DNA of 64,000 nucleotides from Escherichia coli (GTDB lineage: Bacteria; Pseudomonadota; Gammaproteobacteria; Enterobacterales; Enterobacteriaceae). The translations under genes were made by a program, and so were the position numbers. A model generated the notes under the pieces. That model worked only from the letters and a program-made list of their open reading frames with translations, did not search any database and was not told the DNA's origin. Position 1 is the stretch's first letter. Each line of letters opens with the position of its first letter. This document shows, piece after piece, positions 25,635 to 43,213 of this stretch. The stretch lies in assembly GCF_003991155.1 (NCBI RefSeq), contig NZ_CP031293.1; one strand, 5' to 3'.

Positions 25635-26846
25635 TCAGGCATCTGCACACGGCTGCATTCGTGATCTCCGGCTCATCAAAATAAACACTGCCAGGCCGGC
25701 AACAAGAATACCCGGCGCAGAAGCGGCCATTACGCCAACCGTGCCAGTGCCTAATGCCAGCATTTTCCCGGCCAGTAACGGACCGCTCATAGCCCCCAGA
25801 CGCCCTACCGCCACGGCTGTTCCCACACCTGTTGCGCGGATCTGCGAGCTGTAAAACAACGGTGCCAATGCATACAAAACGCTTTGCCCACCTGTCGCAA
25901 ACAACCCCGCGACGAATCCCGCCAGCAACATACCGTTAAATGACGACACCGTTCCCAGCGCCAGCAGCGAAGCTAACATGTCGCTATAAATCAGTAGCGA
26001 CATGGTTACTGGACGCAGCTTATCCATCAATGCGCCCAACATTAACGTCCCGCTTGCCGCCCCCATTTGCAGTGCAAACATCACCCCTGCCGCCTGCGAT
26101 GGCTGGAATCCTTGCTCCACCAAAAGCAGCGGTAGCCAGTTGATCAACATGTAGACCACCAGCAGAGTGAAGAAATAACACAACCACAGCAGCAGCGTCG
26201 CGGTGGCCGTTTCTGGCGCAAATAACGCACGCAGTGGTGGCGCAGCCTGTTTTTCGCCAGCGAACACCGCCGACTCCGGCAGCCAGCGCATTAATAGCGG
26301 CACCAGAATCAACGGCACCACACCACCTACCCAAAACACCGTTTGCCATGCTAAGTTTGCCCCCGCGAAACCCAGTGTCGCCGCCAGCGCCGCGCCAATG
26401 GGAACACCGCAATACATCAGGCTCACTGCCGTCCCACGAAAACGTGGACCCGCGGCTTCAGACGTCAGGGCGATCAGATTCGGCAACGCCGCCCCCAGCC
26501 CGACACCGGTCATCAGCCGCGCAAAGACCAGTGAGGGGAAATCCCAGGCAATCGCCGTTGCCAGTGAGAACAAACCAAACAGCGCAACTGAGCCAATCAA
26601 AATGCGCTTGCGACCATAACGGTCCGCCAGCATTCCGCCAACCAACGCGCCGGGTAGCAAACCGAGTATTCCGGCGCTGAATATCCAGCCCATTTGCATT
26701 TTATCGAGTGCAAAAGCCTGGGCGATGCCACCCGCCGCAATGCCAGCCGCCTGAAGATCCAGCCCTTCCATCAGAGCGACCAAAAAACAAAGCCCGATGG
26801 TCAGCATCAGGCGGGATGAAGATGATGAAGGGGTACGAGTCGACAT
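25635..26846 (-). CDS. mhpT: 3-hydroxyphenylpropionate/3-hydroxycinnamate MFS transporter
   Basis: ORF-track frame to 26915; ATG at 26846 gives 403 aa MSTRTPSSSSSRLMLTIGLCFLVALMEGLDLQAAG..., 12-TM MFS. Confidence 0.85.
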   Translation of the reverse strand: MSTRTPSSSSSRLMLTIGLCFLVALMEGLDLQAAGIAAGGIAQAFALDKMQMGWIFSAGILGLLPGALVGGMLADRYGRKRILIGSVALFGLFSLATAIAWDFPSLVFARLMTGVGLGAALPNLIALTSEAAGPRFRGTAVSLMYCGVPIGAALAATLGFAGANLAWQTVFWVGGVVPLILVPLLMRWLPESAVFAGEKQAAPPLRALFAPETATATLLLWLCYFFTLLVVYMLINWLPLLLVEQGFQPSQAAGVMFALQMGAASGTLMLGALMDKLRPVTMSLLIYSDMLASLLALGTVSSFNGMLLAGFVAGLFATGGQSVLYALAPLFYSSQIRATGVGTAVAVGRLGAMSGPLLAGKMLALGTGTVGVMAASAPGILVAGLAVFILMSRRSRMQPCADA

Positions 26847-26924
26847 AAGATGAACCTCGTTGCGAGTACAGGTGAGTCGCGGCTGATACATTGCCAGCCG
26901 CGTAATCAGAACCATTTAATGACT

Positions 26925-26975
<51 letters not shown>

Positions 26976-27021
26976 TCGTGCTGGGATGGGCATACAAAAT
27001 GCACGTTCTCGGCAGTCATCA

Positions 27022-28031
27022 TTATTTGTTGTTGCGCAGATCCAGCGCCACGTCGACGATCATATCCTCCTGGCCGCCAACCATCCGGCGTTTGCCCAGC
27101 TCAACGAGAATATCCACCGCGCTTAAGCCATAACGCGCCGCCGCCGTTTCACAGTGACGCAGGAAGCTGGAGTAAACACCAGCGTATCCCAGCGCCAGCG
27201 TTTCGCGATCGACTCGTACCGGTCGATCCTGCAACGGACGCACCAGGTCGTCAGCGGCATCCATTAACGCATAGAGATCGGTCCCATGCTGCCAACCCAG
27301 TTTATCCGCGGCAGCAATAAACACTTCCAGCGGCGCGTTACCTGCGCCCGCCCCCATTCCCGCGAGACTGGCATCGATGCGGTCACAGCCCTCTTCCACC
27401 GCCGCGATAGAGTTCGCCACACCAAGACTCAGGTTATGGTGAGCATGCATGCCAGTTTGCGTTTCCGGTTTCAGCACCGCTTTCAGGGCGCGGAAACGGT
27501 CACGGATATCGCTCATGTTCATCGCTCCGCCAGAATCCACCACATAAATACAGGTCGCACCGTAGCCTTCCATCAGCTTTGCCTGCTTTGCGAGATTCTC
27601 CGGCGTGGTCATATGGCTCATCATCAGAAAACCAACGGTGTCCATTCCGAGCTCGCGGGCATACTGAATATGCTGGGCGGAAACATCAGCTTCGGTACAG
27701 TGCGTTGCCACACGAACCACCCGCGCGCCAGCCTGCCAGGCATTTTTCAAATCGTGAATAGTGCCGATTCCTGGCAGCAACAACGTCGCGATTTTGGCGT
27801 GCTTCACCACATCCGCCGCCGCTTCAATCCATTCAAGGTCGCTATGTGCGCCGAAACCATAGTTAAAGCTGGAACCCTGCAAACCGTCGCCGTGGGCCAC
27901 TTCAATCGAATCCACGCGGGCATCGTCCAGTGCTTTGGCAACCTGGCGAACGTTTTCCAATGAATACTGATGACGAATGGCGTGCATACCATCACGCAAC
28001 GTGACGTCCGAGATATAAAGTTTTTTATCGT

Positions 28032-28035
<4 letters not shown>
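27022..28035 (-). CDS. mhpE: 4-hydroxy-2-oxovalerate aldolase
   Basis: 337 aa [25 protein letters not shown]... Confidence 0.95.
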
Positions 28036-29797
<1,762 letters not shown>

Positions 29798-30664
29798 TTA
29801 AGGGCGTGCGAGGAAATTCAGCACCAGTTGATTGAAAGCGTCGGCATGTTCCCACTGCGCCCAGTGACCACAGTCGCGGAAGATATGCAGTTCAGAACCG
29901 GCAATGCCGGACAGCAGACGCAGACCCGCATCCATCGGCACAAAGCGGTCGTTGCGCCCCCAGACAATCAGGGTTTGCGCTTTGATTTCCGCCAGACGTG
30001 GGCCAAAATCCGGGAACTGTTTCGGATTGGCTTCCAGGCTCTTAACGAAGTTTTCCAGGTGATCGCGGCGCGACAGCATATTATTCAGGCGCGCTTCAAA
30101 CAGGGCGTCGGTCAAATCGCTGGTATCAAAAACGAAGATATCCATCATCAGCTTCAGGTTTTCGATAGTCGGCTGACGATAAAGCTGATTCAGTCGCTTA
30201 ATACCTTCGGTTGGCATCGGCGTAAACAAACTCATGCCGCCCGTACCGCCGCCCATCAGCACCAGTTTGCCGACGCGCTCCGGCCAGTTAAGGGTGAACG
30301 CCACAGAACTGTGGCCGCCCATCGAGTTGCCCAGCAGGTGGATTTTGGCGATATCCAGTTGATCCACCACGCTTTTCAGGATTTGCGCATTAAGATCCGA
30401 TCGCGAACCACTATTAACGATCGAATCGCTCTTACCCCAACCCGGACAATCCAGCAGGATCACCCGATAGCCCGCCTCTACCAGCGGATCGATATTGCGG
30501 CTGAAGTTCGCCCAGCCAGTAGCACCCGGGCCGGAACCATGCAGCAGGACAACAGTTTCGTCGCCTTGTCCGCAGTCATTAAAATGGATGCGCAGCGTTT
30601 TACCCGCTTCTTCTACATTCAGAAAACGGCTGGTGGCGGCTTCGGTTTGTGGCTGATAACTCAT
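29798..30664 (-). CDS. mhpC: 2-hydroxy-6-oxonona-dienedioate hydrolase (alpha/beta hydrolase)
   Basis: ORF-track frame to 30727 would overlap mhpB; ATG at 30664 gives 288 aa [21 protein letters not shown]...; GNSMGG motif. Confidence 0.9.
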   Translation of the reverse strand: MSYQPQTEAATSRFLNVEEAGKTLRIHFNDCGQGDETVVLLHGSGPGATGWANFSRNIDPLVEAGYRVILLDCPGWGKSDSIVNSGSRSDLNAQILKSVVDQLDIAKIHLLGNSMGGHSSVAFTLNWPERVGKLVLMGGGTGGMSLFTPMPTEGIKRLNQLYRQPTIENLKLMMDIFVFDTSDLTDALFEARLNNMLSRRDHLENFVKSLEANPKQFPDFGPRLAEIKAQTLIVWGRNDRFVPMDAGLRLLSGIAGSELHIFRDCGHWAQWEHADAFNQLVLNFLARP

Positions 30665-30681
30665 CATCTTCTCCTGCATAT

Positions 30682-31626
30682 TCAGTTCTCTGTTCTGGCG
30701 CTTAACGAGCCAAATCCGGCAATCCACTCCGGGATTGGGCGGTAATAACGCCCTTCGCTACGCCAGTTGCCAAACGCAGAAATAGCGGCAAAAGCGGCGA
30801 CCCAGGTTTTGATTTCATGTGTCGACTTTCCGGCAATGGCGGAAAGCTCTTCGTTACTGACGGCATCCAGTTCCTGTATGCGTCCCTGCTCCAGCAAAGT
30901 CATGAACTGGTTATCCCAAATCGGGTTGAGCGGATGCAGCGTTCTCTGATCCTCAACAAACTTCTCAGCGGCGCTAATCACCCGTTGCTGACGCAATTCG
31001 CGCTCACTGGCGGGTAAATCTTTCCCGCTCCCCAATAGACGGTCGCGCATATGGGCATCGGCTTTCGCCAGTTCTGGCACCGGCGGCTGATGGGAAAGCC
31101 CACCGGACCCAAGGAACAGCACGCGTTTATTGAGAGTGCTGGTGAAACGTCCAATGGCTTCCCCCAACATGCGGGTACGCTGGAAACCGGGCAGCGGCGT
31201 GGCGACACCGTTGATGAACACCGGCAGTACTGGCACCTTATCCAGCCCGCCGAGCAGGAACTCCAGCGGCTGGGCGAACCCGTGGTCCACCTGCATACAG
31301 TAAGAAACGGCAAGATCGATCCCGCTCTTCATGACGGCATGCGCACAGGCCTCCGCCAGCTCCACAGGCACGGGCAGCTCACCTGCCGCACTGCCGAAAT
31401 CACCAATTGCCGTCGCTCCAACGCCTAAACAGAACGGTGGCATCACGTCATAGAAAAAGCCGTTGTAGTGATCTGGCGCAAACAGCACCACCAGTTCAGG
31501 GGAGAAAGCCGCAATACGCTCGCGGGCGCTGGCAATCACACCATTGACCTCATCGAGTACCTCTTGCGCCGGGTCGACATATCCCACCAGCGGCGAGTGG
31601 GAAAGACAGTGAAGATAAGCGTGCAT
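30682..31626 (-). CDS. mhpB: 3-(2,3-dihydroxyphenyl)propionate extradiol dioxygenase
   Basis: 314 aa [27 protein letters not shown]... Confidence 0.93.
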
Positions 31627-31627
31627 A

Positions 31628-33292
31628 TCAGGCTACCTTTTCGACAGAAACGTCGGCATCAGGGCGGGTCAGCGTCATCACCGACGCCAGTTTATTCAGG
31701 GTCTTGCCCAGGGTTTGCGGAATGGCGGTGGCGGCAACAAAGCGATCCGGGCGCATCACCACCAGCGAAGCATTGTGTTGCGCGAACCAGCTACGCAGGC
31801 GACCTTGCGTATCCCCCACGCGTAGTACGCCGTCGTGGTTATCCTGTGCGGTATGAATTTGCACTTCCGGCACCACCTGAATGAAGCGTGTGCCCAACGC
31901 GCGCCACTGCTGGATTTGCTCGTCGCTCATCCCCCACAGTGGATTGCATCCCCAGCCAATTACCGCGAAGTTCGCGCCGATCGCGTTATCGAGCAGCGTC
32001 ACGTCGCCGTTTTCCAGCGTGACTTTCGGCTGAATAAACATCTTGCCGACCGGAGAGTGCTTCGCTTCGCCCTCACGCACCAGCGCACCGCCGTAATATT
32101 GCGGCATCGGCTTGAAGCGCATTTCAAGGAAGTAGCGTTTTACTGGCGGCAGATAATTCAACAGCCAGGAAACGCCGTCACGTAATGTACCCTGCCAGCG
32201 TTTCGGCGGAGCCAGCACGTTGCCCGCCGTCACGGACAGGTCAATCATCGCTTTGGCGTGATCGCGACGTTCTTGTTGATAGGTATCGAGCAGCGCATCG
32301 CGGGCTTTCCCCTGGATAACCAACGCCAGTTTCCATGCGAGGTTAAAGGCGTCGCGCATACCACTGTTATAGCCCTGCCCCTGCCACACCGGCATGATGT
32401 GTGCGGCATCGCCCGCCAGCAGTACGCGATCAATACGAAAACGTTGCGCCAGTCGCGCGTTGTGGGTGTAGACACGCTGGCGAATCAATTCAACATTGTC
32501 CGGATTAGGCAGCACTTTGCTTAACAGCTTGCGCATATTTTGCGGCTCACGCAGCTGTTCTTCGGTTTCTCCCGGCATCACCATAAATTCAAAGCGACGT
32601 ACCGCATGAGGCAGCGCGGCAGAAACATACGGGCGCACCGGATCACAACACAAATAGATATGCGGCGTACTTAACGGATCGTTGGCGATATCTACCACAA
32701 TCCACTGATTTGGCGCAGTTTTACCTTCAAACGGCACATTCAGGGTGCGACGGACAAAACTTGCCCCACCATCACAGGCCACCAGCCACTGGGCTTTGAC
32801 CGTTTCCCGCTGCCCTTCTTCCGTTTTTAGGTGCAAGGTCACTTCGTCATCTTGCTGGCTGAAGGCCTCCAGCTCGCGGGAAAACAGGCAGCGCACATTC
32901 GGAAAACGCGACAATCCTTCCAGCATCACCGCATCGACCTGAGGCTGAATAAAGGCGTTACGGCGCGGCCAGCCAAATTCATCGGTCATTGGCTGAATAT
33001 CAGCAAAACAGCGACCTTTTGGGGTGAGAAAACGCATCGCGTGCCACGGCGTAGTGTGCGGCAGAACATTATCGACCAGGCCAACCGACTGCATGGTGCG
33101 CAGCGCCTCGTCATCAATACCAATCGCACGCGGGTAGTCGATCAACTTATCGAGTTTCTCCACCACCAGCACGTCAATGCCCATCTGGCCGAGATAGTTC
33201 GCCATCATCAGCCCGACCGGACCGGCACCAGCGATCGCCACCTGAACGCTATGGTTAACAGCAGGCTGGATGTCAGGGTGTTGTATTGCCAT
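31628..33292 (-). CDS. mhpA: 3-(3-hydroxyphenyl)propionate hydroxylase (FAD monooxygenase)
   Basis: 554 aa; FAD-binding [29 protein letters not shown]. Confidence 0.95.
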   Translation of the reverse strand: MAIQHPDIQPAVNHSVQVAIAGAGPVGLMMANYLGQMGIDVLVVEKLDKLIDYPRAIGIDDEALRTMQSVGLVDNVLPHTTPWHAMRFLTPKGRCFADIQPMTDEFGWPRRNAFIQPQVDAVMLEGLSRFPNVRCLFSRELEAFSQQDDEVTLHLKTEEGQRETVKAQWLVACDGGASFVRRTLNVPFEGKTAPNQWIVVDIANDPLSTPHIYLCCDPVRPYVSAALPHAVRRFEFMVMPGETEEQLREPQNMRKLLSKVLPNPDNVELIRQRVYTHNARLAQRFRIDRVLLAGDAAHIMPVWQGQGYNSGMRDAFNLAWKLALVIQGKARDALLDTYQQERRDHAKAMIDLSVTAGNVLAPPKRWQGTLRDGVSWLLNYLPPVKRYFLEMRFKPMPQYYGGALVREGEAKHSPVGKMFIQPKVTLENGDVTLLDNAIGANFAVIGWGCNPLWGMSDEQIQQWRALGTRFIQVVPEVQIHTAQDNHDGVLRVGDTQGRLRSWFAQHNASLVVMRPDRFVAATAIPQTLGKTLNKLASVMTLTRPDADVSVEKVA

Positions 33293-33433
33293 TTCAGTAC
33301 CTCACGACTCGGACAAAATGCCGTTGCGCGCACAGTACAGCGCAACTTGTTTTGTTAAAAACATGTAAATGATTTTTTATTGTGCGCTCAGTATAGGAAG
33401 GGTGTTTTCGGCTACAATCAAAACATGCCCGAA

Positions 33434-33450
33434 TGTGCACCAGGTGCACA
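33434..33450. promoter_or_regulatory. MhpR operator palindrome in mhpR/mhpA divergent region
   Basis: tgtgcaccaggtgcaca, perfect 8-bp inverted repeat around a central a, between divergent mhpA and mhpR. Confidence 0.6.
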
Positions 33451-33470
33451 ACGTTGTTTTAACTATATAA

Positions 33471-34316
33471 ATGTCAATTAATATGCAGAACAATGAGCAG
33501 ACGGAATACAAAACCGTGCGCGGCTTAACCCGCGGTCTAATGTTATTAAATATGTTAAATAAACTTGACGGCGGTGCCAGCGTCGGGCTGCTGGCGGAAC
33601 TCAGCGGCCTGCATCGCACCACTGTGCGGCGACTGCTGGAGACGCTGCAGGAAGAGGGATATGTCCGGCGTAGTCCCTCCGATGATAGTTTCCGTTTGAC
33701 CATCAAAGTGCGGCAATTAAGCGAAGGATTTCGTGACGAACAGTGGATTTCTGCACTGGCTGCCCCACTGCTGGGCGATCTGTTGCGCGAAGTGGTATGG
33801 CCGACAGATGTGTCCACGCTGGATGTTGATGCAATGGTGGTACGCGAAACCACCCATCGTTTCAGCCGATTATCCTTTCACCGGGCAATGGTCGGGCGAC
33901 GGTTACCGCTTCTGAAAACCGCCTCGGGCCTGACCTGGCTGGCCTTTTGCCCGGAACAAGAACGCAAGGAATTAATCGAGATGTTAGCCTCCCGCCCCGG
34001 TGATGACTATCAACTGGCACGAGAACCGTTAAAGCTGGAAGCCATTCTGGCGCGCGCGCGCAAAGAGGGGTACGGACAGAACTACCGCGGCTGGGATCAG
34101 GAGGAGAAGATCGCCTCTATCGCCGTACCGCTGCGCAGTGAACAACGGGTGATTGGCTGTCTGAATCTGGTGTATATGGCGAGCGCAATGACCATCGAAC
34201 AGGCAGCGGAAAAGCATCTTCCGGCGCTGCAACGGGTGGCAAAACAGATCGAAGAAGGGGTTGAATCGCAGGCTATTCTGGTAGCGGGAAGGCGAAGCGG
34301 CGTGCATTTACGCTGA
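33471..34316 (+). CDS. mhpR: IclR-family activator of mhp operon
   Basis: 281 aa from ATG 33471 (alternative ATG 33483, MQNNEQTEYKTV...). Confidence 0.9.
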   Translation: MSINMQNNEQTEYKTVRGLTRGLMLLNMLNKLDGGASVGLLAELSGLHRTTVRRLLETLQEEGYVRRSPSDDSFRLTIKVRQLSEGFRDEQWISALAAPLLGDLLREVVWPTDVSTLDVDAMVVRETTHRFSRLSFHRAMVGRRLPLLKTASGLTWLAFCPEQERKELIEMLASRPGDDYQLAREPLKLEAILARARKEGYGQNYRGWDQEEKIASIAVPLRSEQRVIGCLNLVYMASAMTIEQAAEKHLPALQRVAKQIEEGVESQAILVAGRRSGVHLR

Positions 34317-34392
34317 CACCATCGAATGGCGCAAAACCTTTCGTGGTATGGCATGATAGCGCCCGGAAGAGAGTCAATTCAGGGTGGTGAAT

Positions 34393-35475
34393 GTGAAACC
34401 AGTAACGCTATACGATGTCGCAGAGTATGCCGGTGTCTCTTATCAGACCGTTTCCCGCGTGGTGAACCAGGCCAGCCACGTTTCTGCGAAAACGCGGGAA
34501 AAAGTGGAAGCGGCGATGGCGGAGCTGAATTACATTCCCAACCGCGTGGCACAACAACTGGCAGGCAAACAGTCGTTGCTGATTGGCGTTGCCACCTCCA
34601 GTCTGGCCCTGCACGCGCCGTCGCAAATTGTCGCGGCGATTAAATCTCGCGCCGATCAACTGGGTGCCAGCGTGGTGGTGTCGATGGTAGAACGAAGCGG
34701 CGTCGAAGCCTGTAAAGCGGCGGTGCACAATCTTCTCGCGCAACGCGTCAGTGGGCTGATCATTAACTATCCGCTGGATGACCAGGATGCCATTGCTGTG
34801 GAAGCTGCCTGCGCTAATGTTCCGGCGTTATTTCTTGATGTCTCTGACCAGACACCCATCAACAGTATTATTTTCTCCCATGAAGACGGTACGCGACTGG
34901 GCGTGGAGCATCTGGTCGCATTGGGTCACCAGCAAATCGCGCTGTTAGCAGGTCCATTAAGTTCTGTCTCGGCGCGTCTGCGTCTGGCGGGCTGGCATAA
35001 ATATCTCACACGCAATCAAATTCAGCCGATAGCGGAACGGGAAGGCGACTGGAGTGCCATGTCCGGTTTTCAACAAACCATGCAAATGCTGAATGAGGGC
35101 ATCGTCCCCACTGCGATGCTGGTTGCCAACGATCAGATGGCGCTGGGCGCAATGCGCGCCATTACCGAGTCCGGGCTGCGCGTTGGTGCGGATATCTCGG
35201 TAGTGGGATACGACGATACCGAAGACAGCTCGTGTTATATCCCGCCGTTAACCACCATCAAACAGGATTTTCGCCTGCTGGGGCAAACCAGCGTGGACCG
35301 CTTGCTGCAACTCTCTCAGGGCCAGGCGGTGAAGAGCAATCAGCTGTTGCCCGTCTCACTGGTGAAAAGAAAAACCACCCTTCCGCCCAATACGCAAACC
35401 GCTTCTCCCCAGGCGTTGGCAGATTCTTTAATGCAGCTGGCGCGACAAATTTCCCGACTGGAAAGCGGGCAGTGA
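34393..35475 (+). CDS. lacI: Lactose operon repressor
   Basis: GTG start at 34393 (VKPVTLYDVAEYAGVSYQTVSRVVNQ); 360 aa; stop TGA 35473-35475. Confidence 0.97.
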   Translation: MKPVTLYDVAEYAGVSYQTVSRVVNQASHVSAKTREKVEAAMAELNYIPNRVAQQLAGKQSLLIGVATSSLALHAPSQIVAAIKSRADQLGASVVVSMVERSGVEACKAAVHNLLAQRVSGLIINYPLDDQDAIAVEAACANVPALFLDVSDQTPINSIIFSHEDGTRLGVEHLVALGHQQIALLAGPLSSVSARLRLAGWHKYLTRNQIQPIAEREGDWSAMSGFQQTMQMLNEGIVPTAMLVANDQMALGAMRAITESGLRVGADISVVGYDDTEDSSCYIPPLTTIKQDFRLLGQTSVDRLLQLSQGQAVKSNQLLPVSLVKRKTTLPPNTQTASPQALADSLMQLARQISRLESGQ

Positions 35476-35488
35476 GCGCAACGCAATT
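35468..35488. promoter_or_regulatory. lac operator O3
   Basis: ggcagtgagcgcaacgcaatt overlapping the lacI stop. Confidence 0.8.
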
Positions 35489-35510
35489 AATGTGAGTCAG
35501 CTCACTCATT
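35488..35510. promoter_or_regulatory. CRP (CAP) binding site of lac promoter
   Basis: taatgtgagtcagctcactcatt (TGTGA...TCACT). Confidence 0.85.
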
Positions 35511-35523
35511 AGGCACCCCAGGC

Positions 35524-35553
35524 TTTACACTTTATGCGTCCGGCTCGTATGTT
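35524..35553 (+). promoter_or_regulatory. lac promoter -35/-10
   Basis: tttaca (35524-35529), 18-bp spacer, tatgtt (35548-35553). Confidence 0.9.
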
Positions 35554-35559
35554 GTGTGG

Positions 35560-38672
<3,113 letters not shown>

Positions 38673-38678
38673 TAATAA

Positions 38679-39977
<1,299 letters not shown>

Positions 39978-39987
39978 GCAATCAATG

Positions 39988-40018
39988 TCGGATGCGGCGC
40001 GAGCGCCTTATCCGACCA
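39988..40018. repeat. REP element between lacY and lacA
   Basis: gtcggatgcggcgcgagcgccttatccgacc. Confidence 0.7.
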
Positions 40019-40042
40019 ACATATCAGGGCGGAATGATCGCA

Positions 40043-40654
40043 ATGAACATGTCGATGACAGAAAGAATAAAAGCAGGCAAGCTATTTACCGATATGTGCG
40101 AAGGCTTACCTGAAAAAAGACTTCGTGGGAAAACGTTAATGTATGAGTTTAATCACTCGCATCCATCAGAAGTTGATAAAAGAGAAAGCCTGATTAAAGA
40201 AATGTTTGCCACGGTAGGGGAAAACGCCTGGGTAGAACCCCCCGTCTATTTCTCTTACGGTTCCAACATCCATATAGGCCGCAATTTTTATGCAAATTTC
40301 AATTTAACCATTGTCGACGACTACACGGTAACGATCGGTGATAACGTATTGATTGCACCCAACGTTACTCTTTCCGTTACGGGACACCCGGTACACCATG
40401 AATTGAGAAAAAACGGAGAGATGTACTCTTTTCCGATAACGATTGGCAATAACGTCTGGATCGGAAGTCATGTGGTCATTAATCCAGGCGTCACCATCGG
40501 GGATAATTCTGTTATTGGCGCGGGTAGTGTCGTCATAAAAGACATTCCACCAAACGTCGTGGCTGCTGGCGTTCCTTGCCGGGTTATTCGCGAAATAAAC
40601 GACCGGGATAAGCAATATTATTTCAGAGATTACAAAGTTGAATCGTCAGTTTAA
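40043..40654 (+). CDS. lacA: Galactoside O-acetyltransferase (hexapeptide repeat)
   Basis: ORF-track frame from 39992 overlaps REP; ATG at 40043 gives 203 aa MNMSMTERIKAGKLFTDMCEGLPEKRLRGK... Confidence 0.95.
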   Translation: MNMSMTERIKAGKLFTDMCEGLPEKRLRGKTLMYEFNHSHPSEVDKRESLIKEMFATVGENAWVEPPVYFSYGSNIHIGRNFYANFNLTIVDDYTVTIGDNVLIAPNVTLSVTGHPVHHELRKNGEMYSFPITIGNNVWIGSHVVINPGVTIGDNSVIGAGSVVIKDIPPNVVAAGVPCRVIREINDRDKQYYFRDYKVESSV

Positions 40655-40662
40655 ATTATAAA

Positions 40663-40735
40663 AATTGCCTGATGCGCTTCGCTTATCAGGCCTACAAGTT
40701 CAGTGATCTACGTAGGCCGCATCCGGCGTGAACAA
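40663..40735. repeat. BIME (two inverted REP units) between lacA and cynX
   Basis: aattgcctgatgcgcttcgcttatcaggcctac ... gtaggccgcatccggcgtgaac. Confidence 0.75.
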
Positions 40736-40756
40736 AGCGCAGGAACAAGCGTCGCA

Positions 40757-41911
40757 TCATGCCTCTTTGACCCACAGCTGCGGAAAACGTGCTGGTGCAA
40801 AACGCAGGGTTATGATCATCAGCCCAACGACGCACAGCACATGAAACGCCCAGTCCATCAAGTAATTGCCACTGATACTACGCAGCACACCAGAAAACCA
40901 GGGAGCAAGCCCGGCGATGATAAAACCGCTCCCCTGCATAAACGCCACCAGTTTGCCAGCAATAGCCGGTTGCGCAGAGTGATCGAGCGCCAGCAGCAAA
41001 CAGAGCGGAAATGCGCCGCCCAGACCTAAACCACACACCATCGCCCAGAAGACCGGCAATTGCAGCGGCAGCCAGATAAAGCCGCAGAAACCCACCAGTT
41101 GTAACGCCAGCGCCAGCATCAAAAGTTTGCGCCGATCCTGATGGCGAGCCATAGCAGGCATCAGCAATGCCCCTGCAGCTTGCCCAAGCGTCATCAACGC
41201 CAGCAAGGAACCGCTGTACTGCGCGCTGGCACCAATCTCAATATAGAAAGCGGGTAACCAGGCAATCAGGCTGGCGTAACCACCGTTAATCAGACCGAAG
41301 TAAACACCCAGCGTCCACGCGCGGGGAGTGAATACCACGCGAACCGGAGTGGTTGTTGTCTTGTGAGAAGAGGCGACCTCGCGGGCGCTTTGCCACCACC
41401 AGGCAAAGAGCGCAACAACGGCAGGCAGCGCCCACCAGGCGAGTGTTTGATACCAGGTTTCGCTATGTTGAACTAACCAGGGCGTAATGGCGGCACCAAG
41501 TCCACCGCCGCCCATCAGAGCCGCGGACCACAGCCCCATCACCAGTGGCGTACGGTGCTGAAACCGCCGCTTAATTACCGAAGGCATCACTGCCTGAATG
41601 ATGCCGATCCCCACTCCACCAAGCAGTGCGCTGCTAAGCAACAGCGCACTTTGGGGGTAAAGCTCACGCATCAATGCACCGACGGCAATCAGTAACAAAC
41701 TGATGGCGACGCTGCGACGTTCGCTGACATGCTGATGAAGCCAGCTTCCGGCCAGCGCCAGCCCGCCCATGGTAACCACCGGCAGAGCGGTCAACAGGGC
41801 AGCCACGCTAAAGCTCATTCCGCTTGCCTGGCGCAATTGCGGTAGCAGTGGCCCGACGGAGGTGAGCAGTGGTCGCATATTAAGACCAATCAGCACCAGA
41901 ACCAGCAGCAT
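40757..41911 (-). CDS. cynX: Cyanate transporter (MFS)
   Basis: ORF-track frame to 41938; ATG at 41911 gives 384 aa MLLVLVLIGLNMRPLLTSVGPLLPQL... Confidence 0.9.
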   Translation of the reverse strand: MLLVLVLIGLNMRPLLTSVGPLLPQLRQASGMSFSVAALLTALPVVTMGGLALAGSWLHQHVSERRSVAISLLLIAVGALMRELYPQSALLLSSALLGGVGIGIIQAVMPSVIKRRFQHRTPLVMGLWSAALMGGGGLGAAITPWLVQHSETWYQTLAWWALPAVVALFAWWWQSAREVASSHKTTTTPVRVVFTPRAWTLGVYFGLINGGYASLIAWLPAFYIEIGASAQYSGSLLALMTLGQAAGALLMPAMARHQDRRKLLMLALALQLVGFCGFIWLPLQLPVFWAMVCGLGLGGAFPLCLLLALDHSAQPAIAGKLVAFMQGSGFIIAGLAPWFSGVLRSISGNYLMDWAFHVLCVVGLMIITLRFAPARFPQLWVKEA

Positions 41912-41943
41912 CGTGAACGTCTTTTGATGGTTACGCATGGCTG

Positions 41944-42432
<489 letters not shown>

Positions 42433-42444
42433 TTAAAAATAAGG

Positions 42445-43104
42445 TTACGCTGCGGTCGGTTGGCGTAGCGGTATGGCACAAACGCGAGGATTAGCGGCCA
42501 GTGGCACAAACTGGCGGGTTGCGCCGTCAAAAGCTGCGATGCTGCCGCTTGCAATGTCGTAGACCCAGCCGTGCAGGGCGATCCGCCCCTCTTCGAGCGC
42601 CAGGCGCACCGATGGATGAGTTTGCAAATTAGCCAACTGAGCAATGACGTTTTCACGTACCATCGCCGCAGCTTTTGACGGTAAATCGGGATGCGGGCGC
42701 GCCTCATTAACGACGCGGGCTGAATCGGCATAACGCAGCCAGTGGGAGACGGCAGGCATATGGTCCATGCACTGACAGCTGGCAATGGCGGTCATCGCGC
42801 CACAGTTGGAATGACCGCAAATCACAATGTCAGATACCCGAAGCGCAGCGACGGCGTACTCCACCGAAGCAGAAACGCCACCGGGTTCCGGCCCGTAGGA
42901 AGGGACGATATTGCCCGCGTTGCGAATAACGAACAGATCGCCAGGCTCACGTTGCGTCACCAGCTCAGGGACCAGACGGCTGTCGGAGCAGGAGATAAAA
43001 AGTGTGCGCGGGCTTTGCTGTGTCGCCAGCTGTTTAAACAAGGCTTCCCGCTTCGGAAATGCCTCGCGCTGGAATTTAAGGAATCCATCAATAATCTCTT
43101 TCAC
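42445..43104 (-). CDS. cynT: Carbonic anhydrase (beta class)
   Basis: 219 aa; beta-CA motifs CSDSR, HSNCGA. Confidence 0.95.
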   Translation of the reverse strand: MKEIIDGFLKFQREAFPKREALFKQLATQQSPRTLFISCSDSRLVPELVTQREPGDLFVIRNAGNIVPSYGPEPGGVSASVEYAVAALRVSDIVICGHSNCGAMTAIASCQCMDHMPAVSHWLRYADSARVVNEARPHPDLPSKAAAMVRENVIAQLANLQTHPSVRLALEEGRIALHGWVYDIASGSIAAFDGATRQFVPLAANPRVCAIPLRQPTAA

Positions 43105-43213
43105 CGTTAACCTCTGTCTGTCTCTGGAATGAGAGGCAGACTACTCGCCGATTGTCATAAGGTAAAAGTCTCATTTATGATGAGTTCTATTGGATTTACT
43201 TATAGGTTGGCGA

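Noticed and set aside
27286-27963. 225-aa plus-strand ORF
   Set aside because: Antisense inside mhpE; artifact.
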